A stretch of 64,000 bases of DNA from Verrucomicrobiia bacterium (lineage in GTDB: Bacteria > Verrucomicrobiota > Verrucomicrobiia > Palsa-1439), in contig DATJBF010000008.1 of assembly GCA_035515475.1 (NCBI GenBank), positions 1,899 to 65,898 of the forward strand, read 5' to 3'. The notes below the pieces were generated by a model that did no database searches, was not told where the DNA came from, and saw only the letters and a program-made list of their open reading frames with translations. Positions 27,026 through 42,421 of this stretch are shown in pieces. Position numbers and translations under genes: made by a program. Position 1 is the stretch's first letter, and each line of letters begins with the position of its first letter.

Positions 27026-27973
27026 GTGGGACAACAATCGGCGTCCAATCTCAAGTCCGGCTTCGCCGTGCTCGTTGGCCGGACCAACGTCGGCAAGTCC
27101 ACGCTGCTCAACGCGCTGGTGGGCACCAAGATCGCCATCGTCACACCCAAACCGCAGACCACGCGCGACACATACCACGGCATCGTGACCCGGCCTGAAG
27201 GCCAGATCGTTTTCGTGGATACGCCCGGCATTTTCAAGACGCAACCGAGCAAACTCGTCCAGAACCTCCACCACAAAGTCCGCGACGCGATCGAGGACAT
27301 CGATGTGGTTATCCACGTCGTGGATCCCACGCGCGCCATCGGCGTCGAAGACCAGCGCGTCAACGATATGGTCGACCACATGGCCAAACCGAAAATTCTT
27401 GTGCTGAACAAGAGTGACCTGCCGGACCGCTACTACCGGGAGACGTGGCTCGAACGCGCCAAAGCGGCCGCTTTTGGTGGCACAGGCGCCTGCGCTGAGC
27501 CCAGCCGAAACGTCCCTGCCTGTGGTCGGTATGTTTCCGTCGTCGAACTCTCCGCGCTCACGGGCAAGAACGTCGAGTTGCTCATCCAAGCCATCTTGCG
27601 TCACCTGCCGGTCGGTCCGCTGCAATATCCGGACGGCCAGGTCACCAACGTCACCAATGAATTCTGGATCGGCGAACTCATCCGCGAAAAGCTTTACCTT
27701 CAAACCTCGCAGGAGGTTCCCTACACCGCCAGCGTTGTGGTCGAACAGGTCGAAGACCGCAAGGACAAGACCGGCAAACCGCTGCTCTACATCAAGGCCG
27801 TCATCCTCACGACCGACGACCGTCACCAACGCATGCTCATCGGGCAGGGGGGCAAGAAGATCAAAGACATCGGCAGCGCCGCGCGCAAAGAACTCGAAGT
27901 CGCCATGAACAAGAAAGTCTTCCTCGACCTCGACGTGCTCGTGGACGAGGAGTGGATGGAGCGGCTCAGCTGA
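27026..27973 (+). CDS. era: GTPase Era (likely GTG start; 3' part of the chimeric ORF 24653-27973)
   Basis: 'GFAVLVGRTNVGKSTLLN', 'DTPG', 'NKSD' G-motifs and C-terminal KH domain 'GQGGKKIKDIG'. Confidence 0.85.
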   Translation: MGQQSASNLKSGFAVLVGRTNVGKSTLLNALVGTKIAIVTPKPQTTRDTYHGIVTRPEGQIVFVDTPGIFKTQPSKLVQNLHHKVRDAIEDIDVVIHVVDPTRAIGVEDQRVNDMVDHMAKPKILVLNKSDLPDRYYRETWLERAKAAAFGGTGACAEPSRNVPACGRYVSVVELSALTGKNVELLIQAILRHLPVGPLQYPDGQVTNVTNEFWIGELIREKLYLQTSQEVPYTASVVVEQVEDRKDKTGKPLLYIKAVILTTDDRHQRMLIGQGGKKIKDIGSAARKELEVAMNKKVFLDLDVLVDEEWMERLS

Positions 27974-27977
27974 CCGT

Positions 27978-28565
27978 GTGGTAGATTATCGCGTGGCCCG
28001 GCGCGCGGCGAAATCAACGGTGGTTCTCACGATCGGTCATTCGACGCATCCACTGGATGAATTCATCGCCCTGCTGAAAGCGCACGACGTGAAGCAGCTG
28101 GTGGATGTCCGAACGGTGCCGCGTTCGCGGCATAATCCGCAGTTCAACTCCGACACGTTGCCAGTTGCGCTGCGCGCCGCTCGGATCGATTACACGCATT
28201 TGCCCGGGCTTGGTGGACTGCGGCACGCTCGCCAGGATTCGCCCAACACCGGTTGGCGCAATGCCAGCTTTCGTGGATTTGCCGATTACATGCAGACGCC
28301 GCAATTCGAACGGGCGCTGGGCGACCTCCTGGACGTCGCGAAGAAGAAGCCGGTGGCCATCATGTGCGCCGAAGCGGTTCCGTGGCGCTGTCATCGCTCG
28401 CTGATTTCCGATGCTCTTACCGTCCGAGGCATCAGGGTTGAGCACATTACCAGCGTGACGCACCGCCAACAGCACAAGCTCACCCCGTTCGCCAGAGTCG
28501 TGGGCCGGCAGATCACTTACCCGCCGGATTCGGTCCAGACGACCTTGGATTTGAAGAACCCGTGA
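27978..28565 (+). CDS. DUF488 family protein
   Basis: 'VAIMCAEAVPWRCHRSLISD' characteristic DUF488 motif. Confidence 0.6.
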   Translation: MVDYRVARRAAKSTVVLTIGHSTHPLDEFIALLKAHDVKQLVDVRTVPRSRHNPQFNSDTLPVALRAARIDYTHLPGLGGLRHARQDSPNTGWRNASFRGFADYMQTPQFERALGDLLDVAKKKPVAIMCAEAVPWRCHRSLISDALTVRGIRVEHITSVTHRQQHKLTPFARVVGRQITYPPDSVQTTLDLKNP

Positions 28566-28661
28566 ATTCTTGCAGGCGGTTCCCGGTTTCCTTCGGGAGG
28601 TTCTTCGCTTCGCTCAGAATGACAGGTGGGGCTGGATGCGCTAGAGTAGCACGCGGCGAGT

Positions 28662-34436
<5,775 letters not shown>

Positions 34437-34504
34437 CGCGCTGCGGGACCGCAACCGGGGAACCCTCTGCGGCAATCGGTTTCGATTGACTGGTTCGTCT
34501 CCCT

Positions 34505-36934
34505 TTACCCGGTGCTTTTCATACCGAAGGCCACCCCGTTCACGGTGAGGGCGAGCAACCGACGGAGCTTCTCGGCGTTCGGTGATTCGCGGGCCCGGCG
34601 CCAGCGTGGCAGGAAGCGAATCTGCAGGTAGTTGAGCGGATCGATATAGGGATTGCGGAGTCGGATCGACTCGGCCAGCACGGGTTGATTGGCAAGCAGA
34701 GCACCACGCTGGTTGACACTGAGCACCATCCGAACGGAGCGATGATACGCGTCCTCGATCAACCCGAGAATCTTGCGGCGGACGCCCACATCCTGGACCA
34801 GCGACGCGTACCGCCCGGCGATGTACAGGTCGGTTTTCGCGAGTGACACCTCGGCGTTGTCGAGTACTGCGGCGAAAAACGGCCAGCCGGCATACATCTC
34901 GCGCAAGCAGGCCAAACCGTCGGGTTGATGATGAACGAATTCCTCCAGCGCGTGGCCGACGCCGTACCAAGCGCCGAGCAGGTGGCGTGATTGCGTCCAC
35001 GCGAACACCCACGGGATGGCGCGCAATTGACGCAGGTCGGTCGTCTGTTGTCGGCGGCTGGGGCGCGAGCCGATGCGCAGATGTTCGATGAGGTCGATCG
35101 GCGTCGCATGCCAGAAATACTCCTGGAACTCCGGCGTTCGATAAACCAACTGTTGGTAGGACTCGAATGCGGTCCGCGCCATCTCAGCCATCCATTGTTC
35201 CCAATCCGTGATTCTGGTCGGATCGACGCGCGGCGGCAGGCAGTTGGCGGCAATGACCGCCGAGGTAAGCTGTTCGAGGTTGCGCTGCGCAATCAGCGGG
35301 TTGGAGTATTTCAGCGAGATGACTTCGCCCTGTTCGGTGATGCGGATCCGGCCGCCGTGGGCGGCGAACCGTTGCGCTCGCAGGCTGCGATGGCTCGCGC
35401 CGCCGCCGCGGTCGATGGATCCGCCCTTGCCATGGAAAAAACGCAACTTCACGCCGCACTCGTCGGCCAGCAGCGCCAATTCCTTTTGCGCGCGATACAA
35501 GGACCAGTTGGCGGCGAGGTAGCCGCCGTCCTTGTTCGAGTCCGAATAGCCGAGCATGATTTCCTGCACGTCGTCGCGGGTCGCCAGATGGGTCCGGTAA
35601 CCGGCGTTGCTCCACAAATCGCGTATGATCTGCGGCGCCCGGTCGAGGTCGTCGATGGTTTCGAACAGCGGCACCACGTCGATGTGTCGCAATTTCGCGC
35701 GACCCGCGAGTTGCCACACCGTTCGGATATCGTCGGCTTCGCGCGTCATGCTCAGGATGAAGTGATTGGCTGCCGCGACGCCGTGCTCGCGCTGGATGTG
35801 CCGGATGCACTGCAGTTCGGTCAGCAGTTCGTCCGGTGCGTCCGCCAACCGACGGCTGTCGTCCCGGAAATCCAGTTCGGCGAGGTGGAACCCAAACACT
35901 TTGGCCTGGGTGATGAGACGCGCCAACCGGCCCGACGCGGCGCGGTGTGCGTGCTGGCGGTGAAGTCCGTCATGGATCTGTTCGAGGTCACCGACGAATT
36001 CCGCGGGCCGGAGGTAGCGCCCGCGCAGTTTGCGGCGGATCGCGACGAGTTGTTTGCGGAAGGTTTCGCCCGGTTGAAACGGATCGCGTCCGGGTGTGGA
36101 CCGGCGGCCGCGCGGCGACGAGTGCGTGAGTTCTTCGAGAAGCTTCTCGCATTGCCGGTCGTAGTCGGTGCGAAGACGGCTGCGGTGGAGCGTGGCGGTG
36201 AGCAAGCTGATCTCCGGCGTGACGAACGGGTTCCCGTCCCGGTCGCCGCCGACCCACGACGCGAAGGTGAGGAACGAACGGGTCCGCTGCACGTCGGGAT
36301 AACACGCGGCCAACTCGGCATCGAACGTGGCATAAAACCGGGCCACGGTCTCGAAAATCGCGTGGTCGAAGAAGAAGAGCGTGTTCTCCACTTCGTCGAG
36401 CGGGCCGACCTTGCGCTCCCGGACTTCCTGCGTTTGCCAGAGCGATTCGAGGATTTCGTCGGGATCGTCCAGATGACGGGCCAAGCGCAGAATCTGGTTC
36501 AGCACCGTGCGGCGTTTGGCTTCGGTCGGGTGCGCGGTGAGGACCGGCTGGATTTCCAGCGCATTCAGGCAATGCTGCAACGTTTTGGACGAAACGTTGG
36601 CGCGGTTGAGTTCGTGAAACAACCAGCGCAACGATTGGGTGGGCGACGAACTCGACTGCAGGTGACGGATGCGGGCGCGCTCTTCGCAGAGGTTCACGAC
36701 CTGGAAGAAGAGGCTGAACGCGTGGGCGACCTGGTTCGCCTCGGTGATGGTTAACCGGGCGATGAGGCGCCGCTTGCTCCGGATGGAGGCGAGATCGTGG
36801 TTGTCGCGGATGGCCTTCGCGAGCTTGCGGATCTGTTCGATGTGGTCGAACACGCGGTCGCCGGCCTGTTCGCGAATGATCGCGCCCAGCCGGGTGGTCA
36901 GAAAGCGGACTTCATGCTTAAGCTGAGCATCCAC
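34505..36934 (-). CDS. ppc: Phosphoenolpyruvate carboxylase (ORF to 37105; start probably ~36934-36949, non-ATG or upstream Met uncertain)
   Basis: 'LGYSDSNKDGGYLAANWSLY' PEPC signature, 'DVRFLTTRLGAIIREQ' N-terminal motif, C-terminal '...NGVAFGMKSTG'. Confidence 0.85.
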   Translation of the reverse strand: MDAQLKHEVRFLTTRLGAIIREQAGDRVFDHIEQIRKLAKAIRDNHDLASIRSKRRLIARLTITEANQVAHAFSLFFQVVNLCEERARIRHLQSSSSPTQSLRWLFHELNRANVSSKTLQHCLNALEIQPVLTAHPTEAKRRTVLNQILRLARHLDDPDEILESLWQTQEVRERKVGPLDEVENTLFFFDHAIFETVARFYATFDAELAACYPDVQRTRSFLTFASWVGGDRDGNPFVTPEISLLTATLHRSRLRTDYDRQCEKLLEELTHSSPRGRRSTPGRDPFQPGETFRKQLVAIRRKLRGRYLRPAEFVGDLEQIHDGLHRQHAHRAASGRLARLITQAKVFGFHLAELDFRDDSRRLADAPDELLTELQCIRHIQREHGVAAANHFILSMTREADDIRTVWQLAGRAKLRHIDVVPLFETIDDLDRAPQIIRDLWSNAGYRTHLATRDDVQEIMLGYSDSNKDGGYLAANWSLYRAQKELALLADECGVKLRFFHGKGGSIDRGGGASHRSLRAQRFAAHGGRIRITEQGEVISLKYSNPLIAQRNLEQLTSAVIAANCLPPRVDPTRITDWEQWMAEMARTAFESYQQLVYRTPEFQEYFWHATPIDLIEHLRIGSRPSRRQQTTDLRQLRAIPWVFAWTQSRHLLGAWYGVGHALEEFVHHQPDGLACLREMYAGWPFFAAVLDNAEVSLAKTDLYIAGRYASLVQDVGVRRKILGLIEDAYHRSVRMVLSVNQRGALLANQPVLAESIRLRNPYIDPLNYLQIRFLPRWRRARESPNAEKLRRLLALTVNGVAFGMKSTG

Positions 36935-36948
36935 GCCAGTGCCGTGGA

Positions 36949-37590
36949 CTATAGCAGAAGACGGCGGACGTCGTCGTAGTTTTTCGCGATGAAATCGGCT
37001 TGCTGGAGCTGTTCGGGAGGCAGGCTGGTGGTGAGGCCGATACAGGTCATGCCGGCCATTTTCGCTGCTTGGACACCCAGGGCGGCGTCCTCGATGACGC
37101 AGCACTGCGAGGGGCGCACGCCGAGACGCTGGGCCGCGGTGAAATAAATCTCCGGATCGGGCTTGGTAAAGCGAATGTCTTCGTAACCCACGATGACGTT
37201 GAAGTGGGGGCGCAAGCCGCTGAATTCCATGACGACATCGATGACGCTGTGGAAATTGCTCGAGGCGATGGCGAGCTTGTAGTGCCGGGCAAGTTCCGGC
37301 ACGAGCGAATGTAATTCCTTGAACACGGGCTGCCGCTCACGCAGGTAACGCACGAAGTACTTCAGCTTCCGTCGGGTGAGATCTTCCAGTTCGAACGGCA
37401 GCTTGTGTTTCTCGATGAAATCCTGGAGCAACACTTTGTCCGAGCGGCCGTAGTACTCGTGGAACACGATGCCGTGGTCGTGTTTGCGGCCGAGTTCGTC
37501 GAACAACGCTTCGAACGCCTTTTTGTGGAGCGGCTCGCTGTCCACGATCACGCCGTCCATGTCGAACACGATCGCCGAGAATCGTTTCAT
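36949..37590 (-). CDS. HAD superfamily hydrolase (beta-phosphoglucomutase/phosphatase-like)
   Basis: 'AIVFDMDGVIVDSEP' motif I, 'IASSN' motif II, 'CVIEDAALGVQAAKMAGM' motif III/IV. Confidence 0.8.
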   Translation of the reverse strand: MKRFSAIVFDMDGVIVDSEPLHKKAFEALFDELGRKHDHGIVFHEYYGRSDKVLLQDFIEKHKLPFELEDLTRRKLKYFVRYLRERQPVFKELHSLVPELARHYKLAIASSNFHSVIDVVMEFSGLRPHFNVIVGYEDIRFTKPDPEIYFTAAQRLGVRPSQCCVIEDAALGVQAAKMAGMTCIGLTTSLPPEQLQQADFIAKNYDDVRRLLL

Positions 37591-37970
37591 CCGCGGTAGA
37601 CGCGAACCTCGACGGCGTCGGGTTTGAGGAACAGATTCAGGAGGATGCTGATGATGCTGATGACCAGCGCGCCGCCGACGGCCGTCCAGAATCCTTCCAC
37701 GTGGAACGCGGGGATGAGCCAGCTCACGAGTTTGAGCATCGCGGCGTTGATGACCAGCGTGAACAGGCCGAGCGTGAGAATGTTGATCGGCAACGTGAGA
37801 AGGATGATCAGCGGCCGCAGGTACGTGTTCACGAGCGCCAGCATCACAGCGGCCGCGATGGTGGCCTGCGTGGTTTCCAGCCAGATGTGACGGAACAAGG
37901 CTTCAGCCACCAGCAGCGCCAGAGCGTTGATCGCCAGTTTGGTAACCAGGATGAGCAGGCGTCGTCCCAT
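37587..37970 (-). CDS. Small 4-TM membrane protein (phage-holin-4 / DUF360-like)
   Basis: 127 aa with four hydrophobic helices; start overlaps the HAD gene stop. Confidence 0.45.
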   Translation of the reverse strand: MGRRLLILVTKLAINALALLVAEALFRHIWLETTQATIAAAVMLALVNTYLRPLIILLTLPINILTLGLFTLVINAAMLKLVSWLIPAFHVEGFWTAVGGALVISIISILLNLFLKPDAVEVRVYRG

Positions 37971-38015
37971 GACGAGGATGTAACCACAGGCGGGGACGGT
38001 GGCGCCACCGAAAAA

Positions 38016-38552
38016 TCAGTACTTCCACTTGATCGTGCAACCGATGGCGTGGGTGATGGGATTCTCGACCTTCCTGTGCGCGAGCACGGCGTCGATCGCA
38101 CTCCGCAGGTCGTGCGTCTTCACCTTGTCGGGGTGCTGCCAGTTGTCGTCGATGCGCCCGATGTAGCGCACCTGAAACCGGGAATTGAGCAGGAAGGCTT
38201 CCGGCGTGTACTCCGCGCCGTAGGCGCGCGCCACGCGTTGGGTTTCGTCGCGCAGGTACGGGAAATTGATCTGCCGTTCCTTGGCGCGGCGCACCATGTT
38301 GTCGAAACCGTCCTCGGGATACGCCACGGCATCGTTGGCGTTGACGGCGATCAATTGCACGCTCTTCGGGCCGTAGTCGCGCTGGATGCAGATGAGTCGT
38401 TCCTCGTAGGCTTGGACGTACGGGCAGTGATTGCAGGTGAAGAGCACGACCACGATCTTGTTGTCCTTGAACGAACCCAGGGAATAGTCTTTTCCATCGA
38501 CTCCTGGCAGGGTGAAATCCGGCGCACGCTGGCCGATTTCCAACTTCTTCAT
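38016..38552 (-). CDS. Thioredoxin-fold protein (AhpC/TSA/TlpA-like) with CxxC (ORF to 38618; Met starts at ~38552/38561)
   Basis: 'GQRAPDFTLPGVDGKDYSLGSFKDNKIVVVLFTCNHCPYV'. Confidence 0.7.
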   Translation of the reverse strand: MKKLEIGQRAPDFTLPGVDGKDYSLGSFKDNKIVVVLFTCNHCPYVQAYEERLICIQRDYGPKSVQLIAVNANDAVAYPEDGFDNMVRRAKERQINFPYLRDETQRVARAYGAEYTPEAFLLNSRFQVRYIGRIDDNWQHPDKVKTHDLRSAIDAVLAHRKVENPITHAIGCTIKWKY

Positions 38553-38770
38553 GGCGTTCATGACCCAATCCCGATTCCCATGTTGCTTCCCCGAAGTAGT
38601 GAGGCTGCGACTCCCCATAACCTACCAGCGCGGACCGAAACGTCAAGGTCTCGTTCGGTGCCGCGAAAGAGGTTGAGCGGGTCCGCTGATTCTGTTACAC
38701 AGACTCCCATGACCGTGCGGAGTGCAACTTCAGTGCCAGTTGCTCGTTCTCGCCCCGAGGGAAGTTCTGT

Positions 38771-39886
38771 GTGAAGGTCGAATCTCTTTCGCGCCGCGCG
38801 GCGGAGGATCTTCGCGCGGAAGTCCCCGTGCTTTCATCTCTGCACGCCACCATCGGGCTGGACGGATTTGTGGACGAAATTGTCACCGTTGTGGACAAAC
38901 GTGAATCACCCACGAGGTTCACGCGCGTTCCAACAATCTCCGCCTTTGCCGAGCGCCTCGCGCGCGCCGCCGGCAGAAGTTCGAACGTCGAACTGGTCGT
39001 CGAGCGCGTCAAACTGGGAGGGAATGGCCCGATCATGGCCAATGCCCTGGCCGCCGTTGGTGTCAGGGTCGCCTGCATTGGCTGTCTCGGCTGCCCCCAG
39101 ATTCACTCTGCGTTCGCCGAACTGGTCGCGCATGCGACCGTCCACAGCATTGCCGAGCCGGGGCACACGGACGCGCTGGAGTTCGATGATGGCAAGCTCA
39201 TGCTGGGCAAGCAGCAGCCGCTCCAGGATGTCACCTGGCAAACCCTCGTGGAGCGGGTCGGCCGGGACCGTCTTCGCACCCTGCTTTCCGAGGCCGACCT
39301 CGTCGGCTTGCAAAGTTGGACGATGGTGCCGTGCATGAGCGACATTTGGGAGCATATGCTGACCGAGTTGTGCCCCGGGTTTTCTCCCGGGCGGACGCGC
39401 CGGATGTTTTTCGACCTGGCCGACCCCGAAAAACGGGACCGCAAAGACATCGCGCGCGCTCTCGAGTTGCTTGGGCAGTTCCAGAAGTTTTTCGCCACCC
39501 ATCTCGGCCTCAACGAGAAGGAGGGGTTCTCGGTCGGTCGGGTGCTCGGCTATCGGGGAGCGACCGTGGGCGAAACCGCGGTGAAATCCGTTGCTGAATT
39601 CATCTTGGGCAAACTCGGCATCAGCACGGTGGTCGTTCATCCACGCGAGTACGCCGTTGCCGCATCCGCCGACGGTGTGTCGAAGGTCACCGGGCCGTCG
39701 GTGGGGAAACCGCTGATCAGCACGGGCGGAGGCGACCATTTCAACGCCGGATTTTGCCTCGGCAAACTCCTCGGTGCCGATGACGAGATTGCGCTCCAAC
39801 TCGGTGTCGGTGCGTCGGGCTACTACGTGCGGACTGGCAAAACCCCTCGTGTCAACGAGTTGGCAGATTTCCTGCACTCACTGTGA
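38771..39886 (+). CDS. PfkB/ribokinase-family carbohydrate kinase
   Basis: 'GGNGPIMANA' and C-terminal 'STGGGDHFNAGF' (PfkB DTxGAGDxF-type) motifs. Confidence 0.6.
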   Translation: MKVESLSRRAAEDLRAEVPVLSSLHATIGLDGFVDEIVTVVDKRESPTRFTRVPTISAFAERLARAAGRSSNVELVVERVKLGGNGPIMANALAAVGVRVACIGCLGCPQIHSAFAELVAHATVHSIAEPGHTDALEFDDGKLMLGKQQPLQDVTWQTLVERVGRDRLRTLLSEADLVGLQSWTMVPCMSDIWEHMLTELCPGFSPGRTRRMFFDLADPEKRDRKDIARALELLGQFQKFFATHLGLNEKEGFSVGRVLGYRGATVGETAVKSVAEFILGKLGISTVVVHPREYAVAASADGVSKVTGPSVGKPLISTGGGDHFNAGFCLGKLLGADDEIALQLGVGASGYYVRTGKTPRVNELADFLHSL

Positions 39887-39889
39887 GAC

Positions 39890-40207
39890 ATGGGACCATT
39901 GACTGCGGAGAACCGGGACGTCATCGGCCTGCTGATTTTGTTGGGCCTGACCGTGGTGGCCAACGTCTTGGTTCACTGGCTCGCCGTCTGTCCGCGGCTG
40001 TATCGACACGGCGCACGATTCCCGACGGGATTGTTTTTTTGGCGTGTGTTCCAAGAACTGCGGACGTATCGGGAACTCACGATTGCCCGAAGCCGTCCGC
40101 TGACGTTCTACTACCTCGATTTCATCCTCTCGTGGTTCAACCTGCTCCTGGCCTTCGCATTCGCGTTGCGTCTCCTGTGGATGCAAACGCATCCGGGCCC
40201 GTTCTAG
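39890..40207 (+). CDS. Small hypothetical membrane protein (3 TM)
   Basis: Hydrophobic helices; starts 4 nt after the previous stop. Confidence 0.4.
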   Translation: MGPLTAENRDVIGLLILLGLTVVANVLVHWLAVCPRLYRHGARFPTGLFFWRVFQELRTYRELTIARSRPLTFYYLDFILSWFNLLLAFAFALRLLWMQTHPGPF

Positions 40208-40289
40208 GACGGAACTTAACTGACGATGACCGGCCGGATTTCTCCGGGTCGGACCAGCGCCTTGCCACGACCAGCGGGAATCTGCTACG

Positions 40290-41660
40290 GTGCCACCCCG
40301 AATGAATGTTCGCGTCCGCTTCGCGCCCAGTCCCACGGGTTTTCTGCACATCGGCAGCGTGCGCACGGCCTTGTTCAACTGGCTCTATGCCCGGCACACG
40401 GGCGGCACGTTTGTGTTGCGCATCGAGGATACCGACGTCGCCCGCAACACCGAGCGGTCGCTGCGTACGATTCTCGACGGCTTGCGCTGGCTCGGCCTCG
40501 ACTGGGATGAAGGTCCGGACAAAGACGGTCCGTTCGGACCATACTTTCAATCGCAGCGCGCGGGTGTCTACCAGCGGCGCGTGCGCGAACTCATGGACAA
40601 CGGCATGGCCTGCGAGCGGGAAGGTGCGGTTCGCTTCAAGATGACGCGCCAGCCCATTGAGGTGTCCGACCTCATTGCCGGCCGCGTGGTGCGCCCGTTG
40701 AACGAAACGGAAATGCTCGATCCGGATTTCGTCATCGTCCGCAGCGACGGCAACCCGGTCTTCCATCTCGTCAATGTCGTCGACGACATCGAGATGAAGA
40801 TCACCCACGTCATCCGTGGCGAGGATCACCTCTCGAACACGCCGAAGCACATCGCCCTGTTCCGCGCGTTTGGCGTCGAACCACCGAAGTACGCCCACAT
40901 CCCCATGATCCTCAACCCCGACGGCACCAAGATGAGCAAGAGCGATCCCGACGCCGTGAAAGCGCGGTTGGCGTCCCTGCAAACGTACGTCGACGACGGC
41001 TACGTGCCCGAGGCAGTGCGCAACTATCTCTGTCTACTCGGTTGGTCGCCCAAGGACAACCGCGAAGTCGTGCCGATTGAAGAAACCATCAAACTCTTCG
41101 ACCTGCCGCAGATCCTGCGAACCAACGCCCGCTTCGATGTCGCCAAACTCACGTGGATCAACGGGGAATACATCCGCGCGATGCCGCTCGACCGGTTCTT
41201 CGAGTTGGCCAAGCCGTTCGTCCCGATAACCGGCACGGGCGGATCGCCCAATCGCGTAGCCGACGACGATTACACCCGCGCCGTCGTTGCGCTCGTCAAA
41301 GAGAAGGTCAAGCTGTTGAGGGAATTACCTGACCGCACCAATTACTTCTTTGCTGACGACTATCCGGCTGATCCGGAGGCCGTGAAGAAATCGTGCAGCG
41401 CACCGCAAACCAGTGAGCGGCTGACGAGGCTGGCCGAAAGGTTTGCCGCCGTCGCCGACTGGAAGGCGGCGACGCTGGAAACGACGCTTAAGGCGCTGGC
41501 GGCTGAATTGGGCGTGAAAACCGGCGAGTTGATTCACCCGTGCCGCGTCGCCGTCTCGGGCCAGGCGGCCGGGCCGTCCCTCTATCATATGTTGGAGGTG
41601 ATGGGTTCCGACCGCGTTCTGGCGCGCTTGCGGCGCGCGGCGAAGGAATTCCAGTCATGA
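40290..41660 (+). CDS. gltX: Glutamate--tRNA ligase
   Basis: 'PSPTGFLHIGS' (HIGH) and 'KMSKS' class I motifs; full-length with anticodon-binding domain. Confidence 0.9.
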   Translation: MPPRMNVRVRFAPSPTGFLHIGSVRTALFNWLYARHTGGTFVLRIEDTDVARNTERSLRTILDGLRWLGLDWDEGPDKDGPFGPYFQSQRAGVYQRRVRELMDNGMACEREGAVRFKMTRQPIEVSDLIAGRVVRPLNETEMLDPDFVIVRSDGNPVFHLVNVVDDIEMKITHVIRGEDHLSNTPKHIALFRAFGVEPPKYAHIPMILNPDGTKMSKSDPDAVKARLASLQTYVDDGYVPEAVRNYLCLLGWSPKDNREVVPIEETIKLFDLPQILRTNARFDVAKLTWINGEYIRAMPLDRFFELAKPFVPITGTGGSPNRVADDDYTRAVVALVKEKVKLLRELPDRTNYFFADDYPADPEAVKKSCSAPQTSERLTRLAERFAAVADWKAATLETTLKALAAELGVKTGELIHPCRVAVSGQAAGPSLYHMLEVMGSDRVLARLRRAAKEFQS

Positions 41661-42262
41661 CGGCGTCCACCCAACATCTCACGCTGCCGAACAAGATCAC
41701 GATTGGACGGATCCTGTTGATTCCTCTGTTCGTGCTGGTGTGCATCGACTACATTCGCAGTTGTAGCCATGGACACCCGCAGGAATGGGAGCGCATCCTG
41801 GCCTGCGCGATCTTCGCGCTTGCGGCGGTGTCTGACGCCGTGGACGGCTACATTGCCCGTCGTTACCACCAGAAAAGTGAGTTGGGCACATTCCTCGACC
41901 CGCTGGCCGACAAGGCGTTGTTGGTCTCGGCGTTGATCCTATTAAGCCGCGACAACGGCGACGCCTTCGAGCAACTGCCGTTGTGGTTTCCCGTGTTGGT
42001 AATCAGCCGCGACGCCATCCTGCTGGCCGGCACAGTCCTCATCCACATCGTCGCCGGTCACGCGCGGTCGCAGCCGCGCATCGTCGGCAAGTGCGCGACG
42101 TTCTTTCAGATGATCACCCTCGGCTGGGTGTTGCTCAAGATCGAGCACCCGCCGTTCAATTGGCCGATGATCACGGCCGGTGTGTTTACCTTCATTTCCG
42201 GGGTCTGGTACATCTTCGACGGCGTCAAACAGCTCAATGCCCCGGCGACAAAGCCCGCGTAA
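41657..42262 (+). CDS. pgsA: CDP-alcohol phosphatidyltransferase (CDP-diacylglycerol--glycerol-3-phosphate 3-phosphatidyltransferase-like); ATGA overlap with gltX stop
   Basis: 'DAVDGYIARRY...GTFLDPLADK' D-G-x2-A-R...G-x3-D-x3-D motif; ORF track 41540-42262, Met start at 41657. Confidence 0.8.
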   Translation: MTASTQHLTLPNKITIGRILLIPLFVLVCIDYIRSCSHGHPQEWERILACAIFALAAVSDAVDGYIARRYHQKSELGTFLDPLADKALLVSALILLSRDNGDAFEQLPLWFPVLVISRDAILLAGTVLIHIVAGHARSQPRIVGKCATFFQMITLGWVLLKIEHPPFNWPMITAGVFTFISGVWYIFDGVKQLNAPATKPA

Positions 42263-42421
42263 CATCCAGCTGTGGCCCCTGGTTGTCGGCGATCTTGTTG
42301 CCGGTGGATCTTGTCGCGTTCCGCGTCCTGGCCCGACCGGGGCGTTGTCGGCGGTGCGGATTCCCGTCATCGGTATTCTCTCGACACCCGCGGCGTGGCT
42401 TCGTAGAAGTCCATTTGGGAA

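Noticed and set aside
24653-27973. 1106-aa plus-strand ORF
   Set aside because: Chimeric: its first ~790 codons are antisense to the sulfite reductase gene (no protein-like features), and only the last ~315 codons are the real era gene.
34991-36754. 587-aa plus-strand ORF antisense to ppc, plus similar antisense ORFs at 18989-20254, 33492-35012, 37701-38774, 38906-39877, 40137-40982 and 47764-48465
   Set aside because: All overlap well-supported genes on the opposite strand and have artefact-like composition. GC-rich genomes generate long spurious reverse-frame ORFs.
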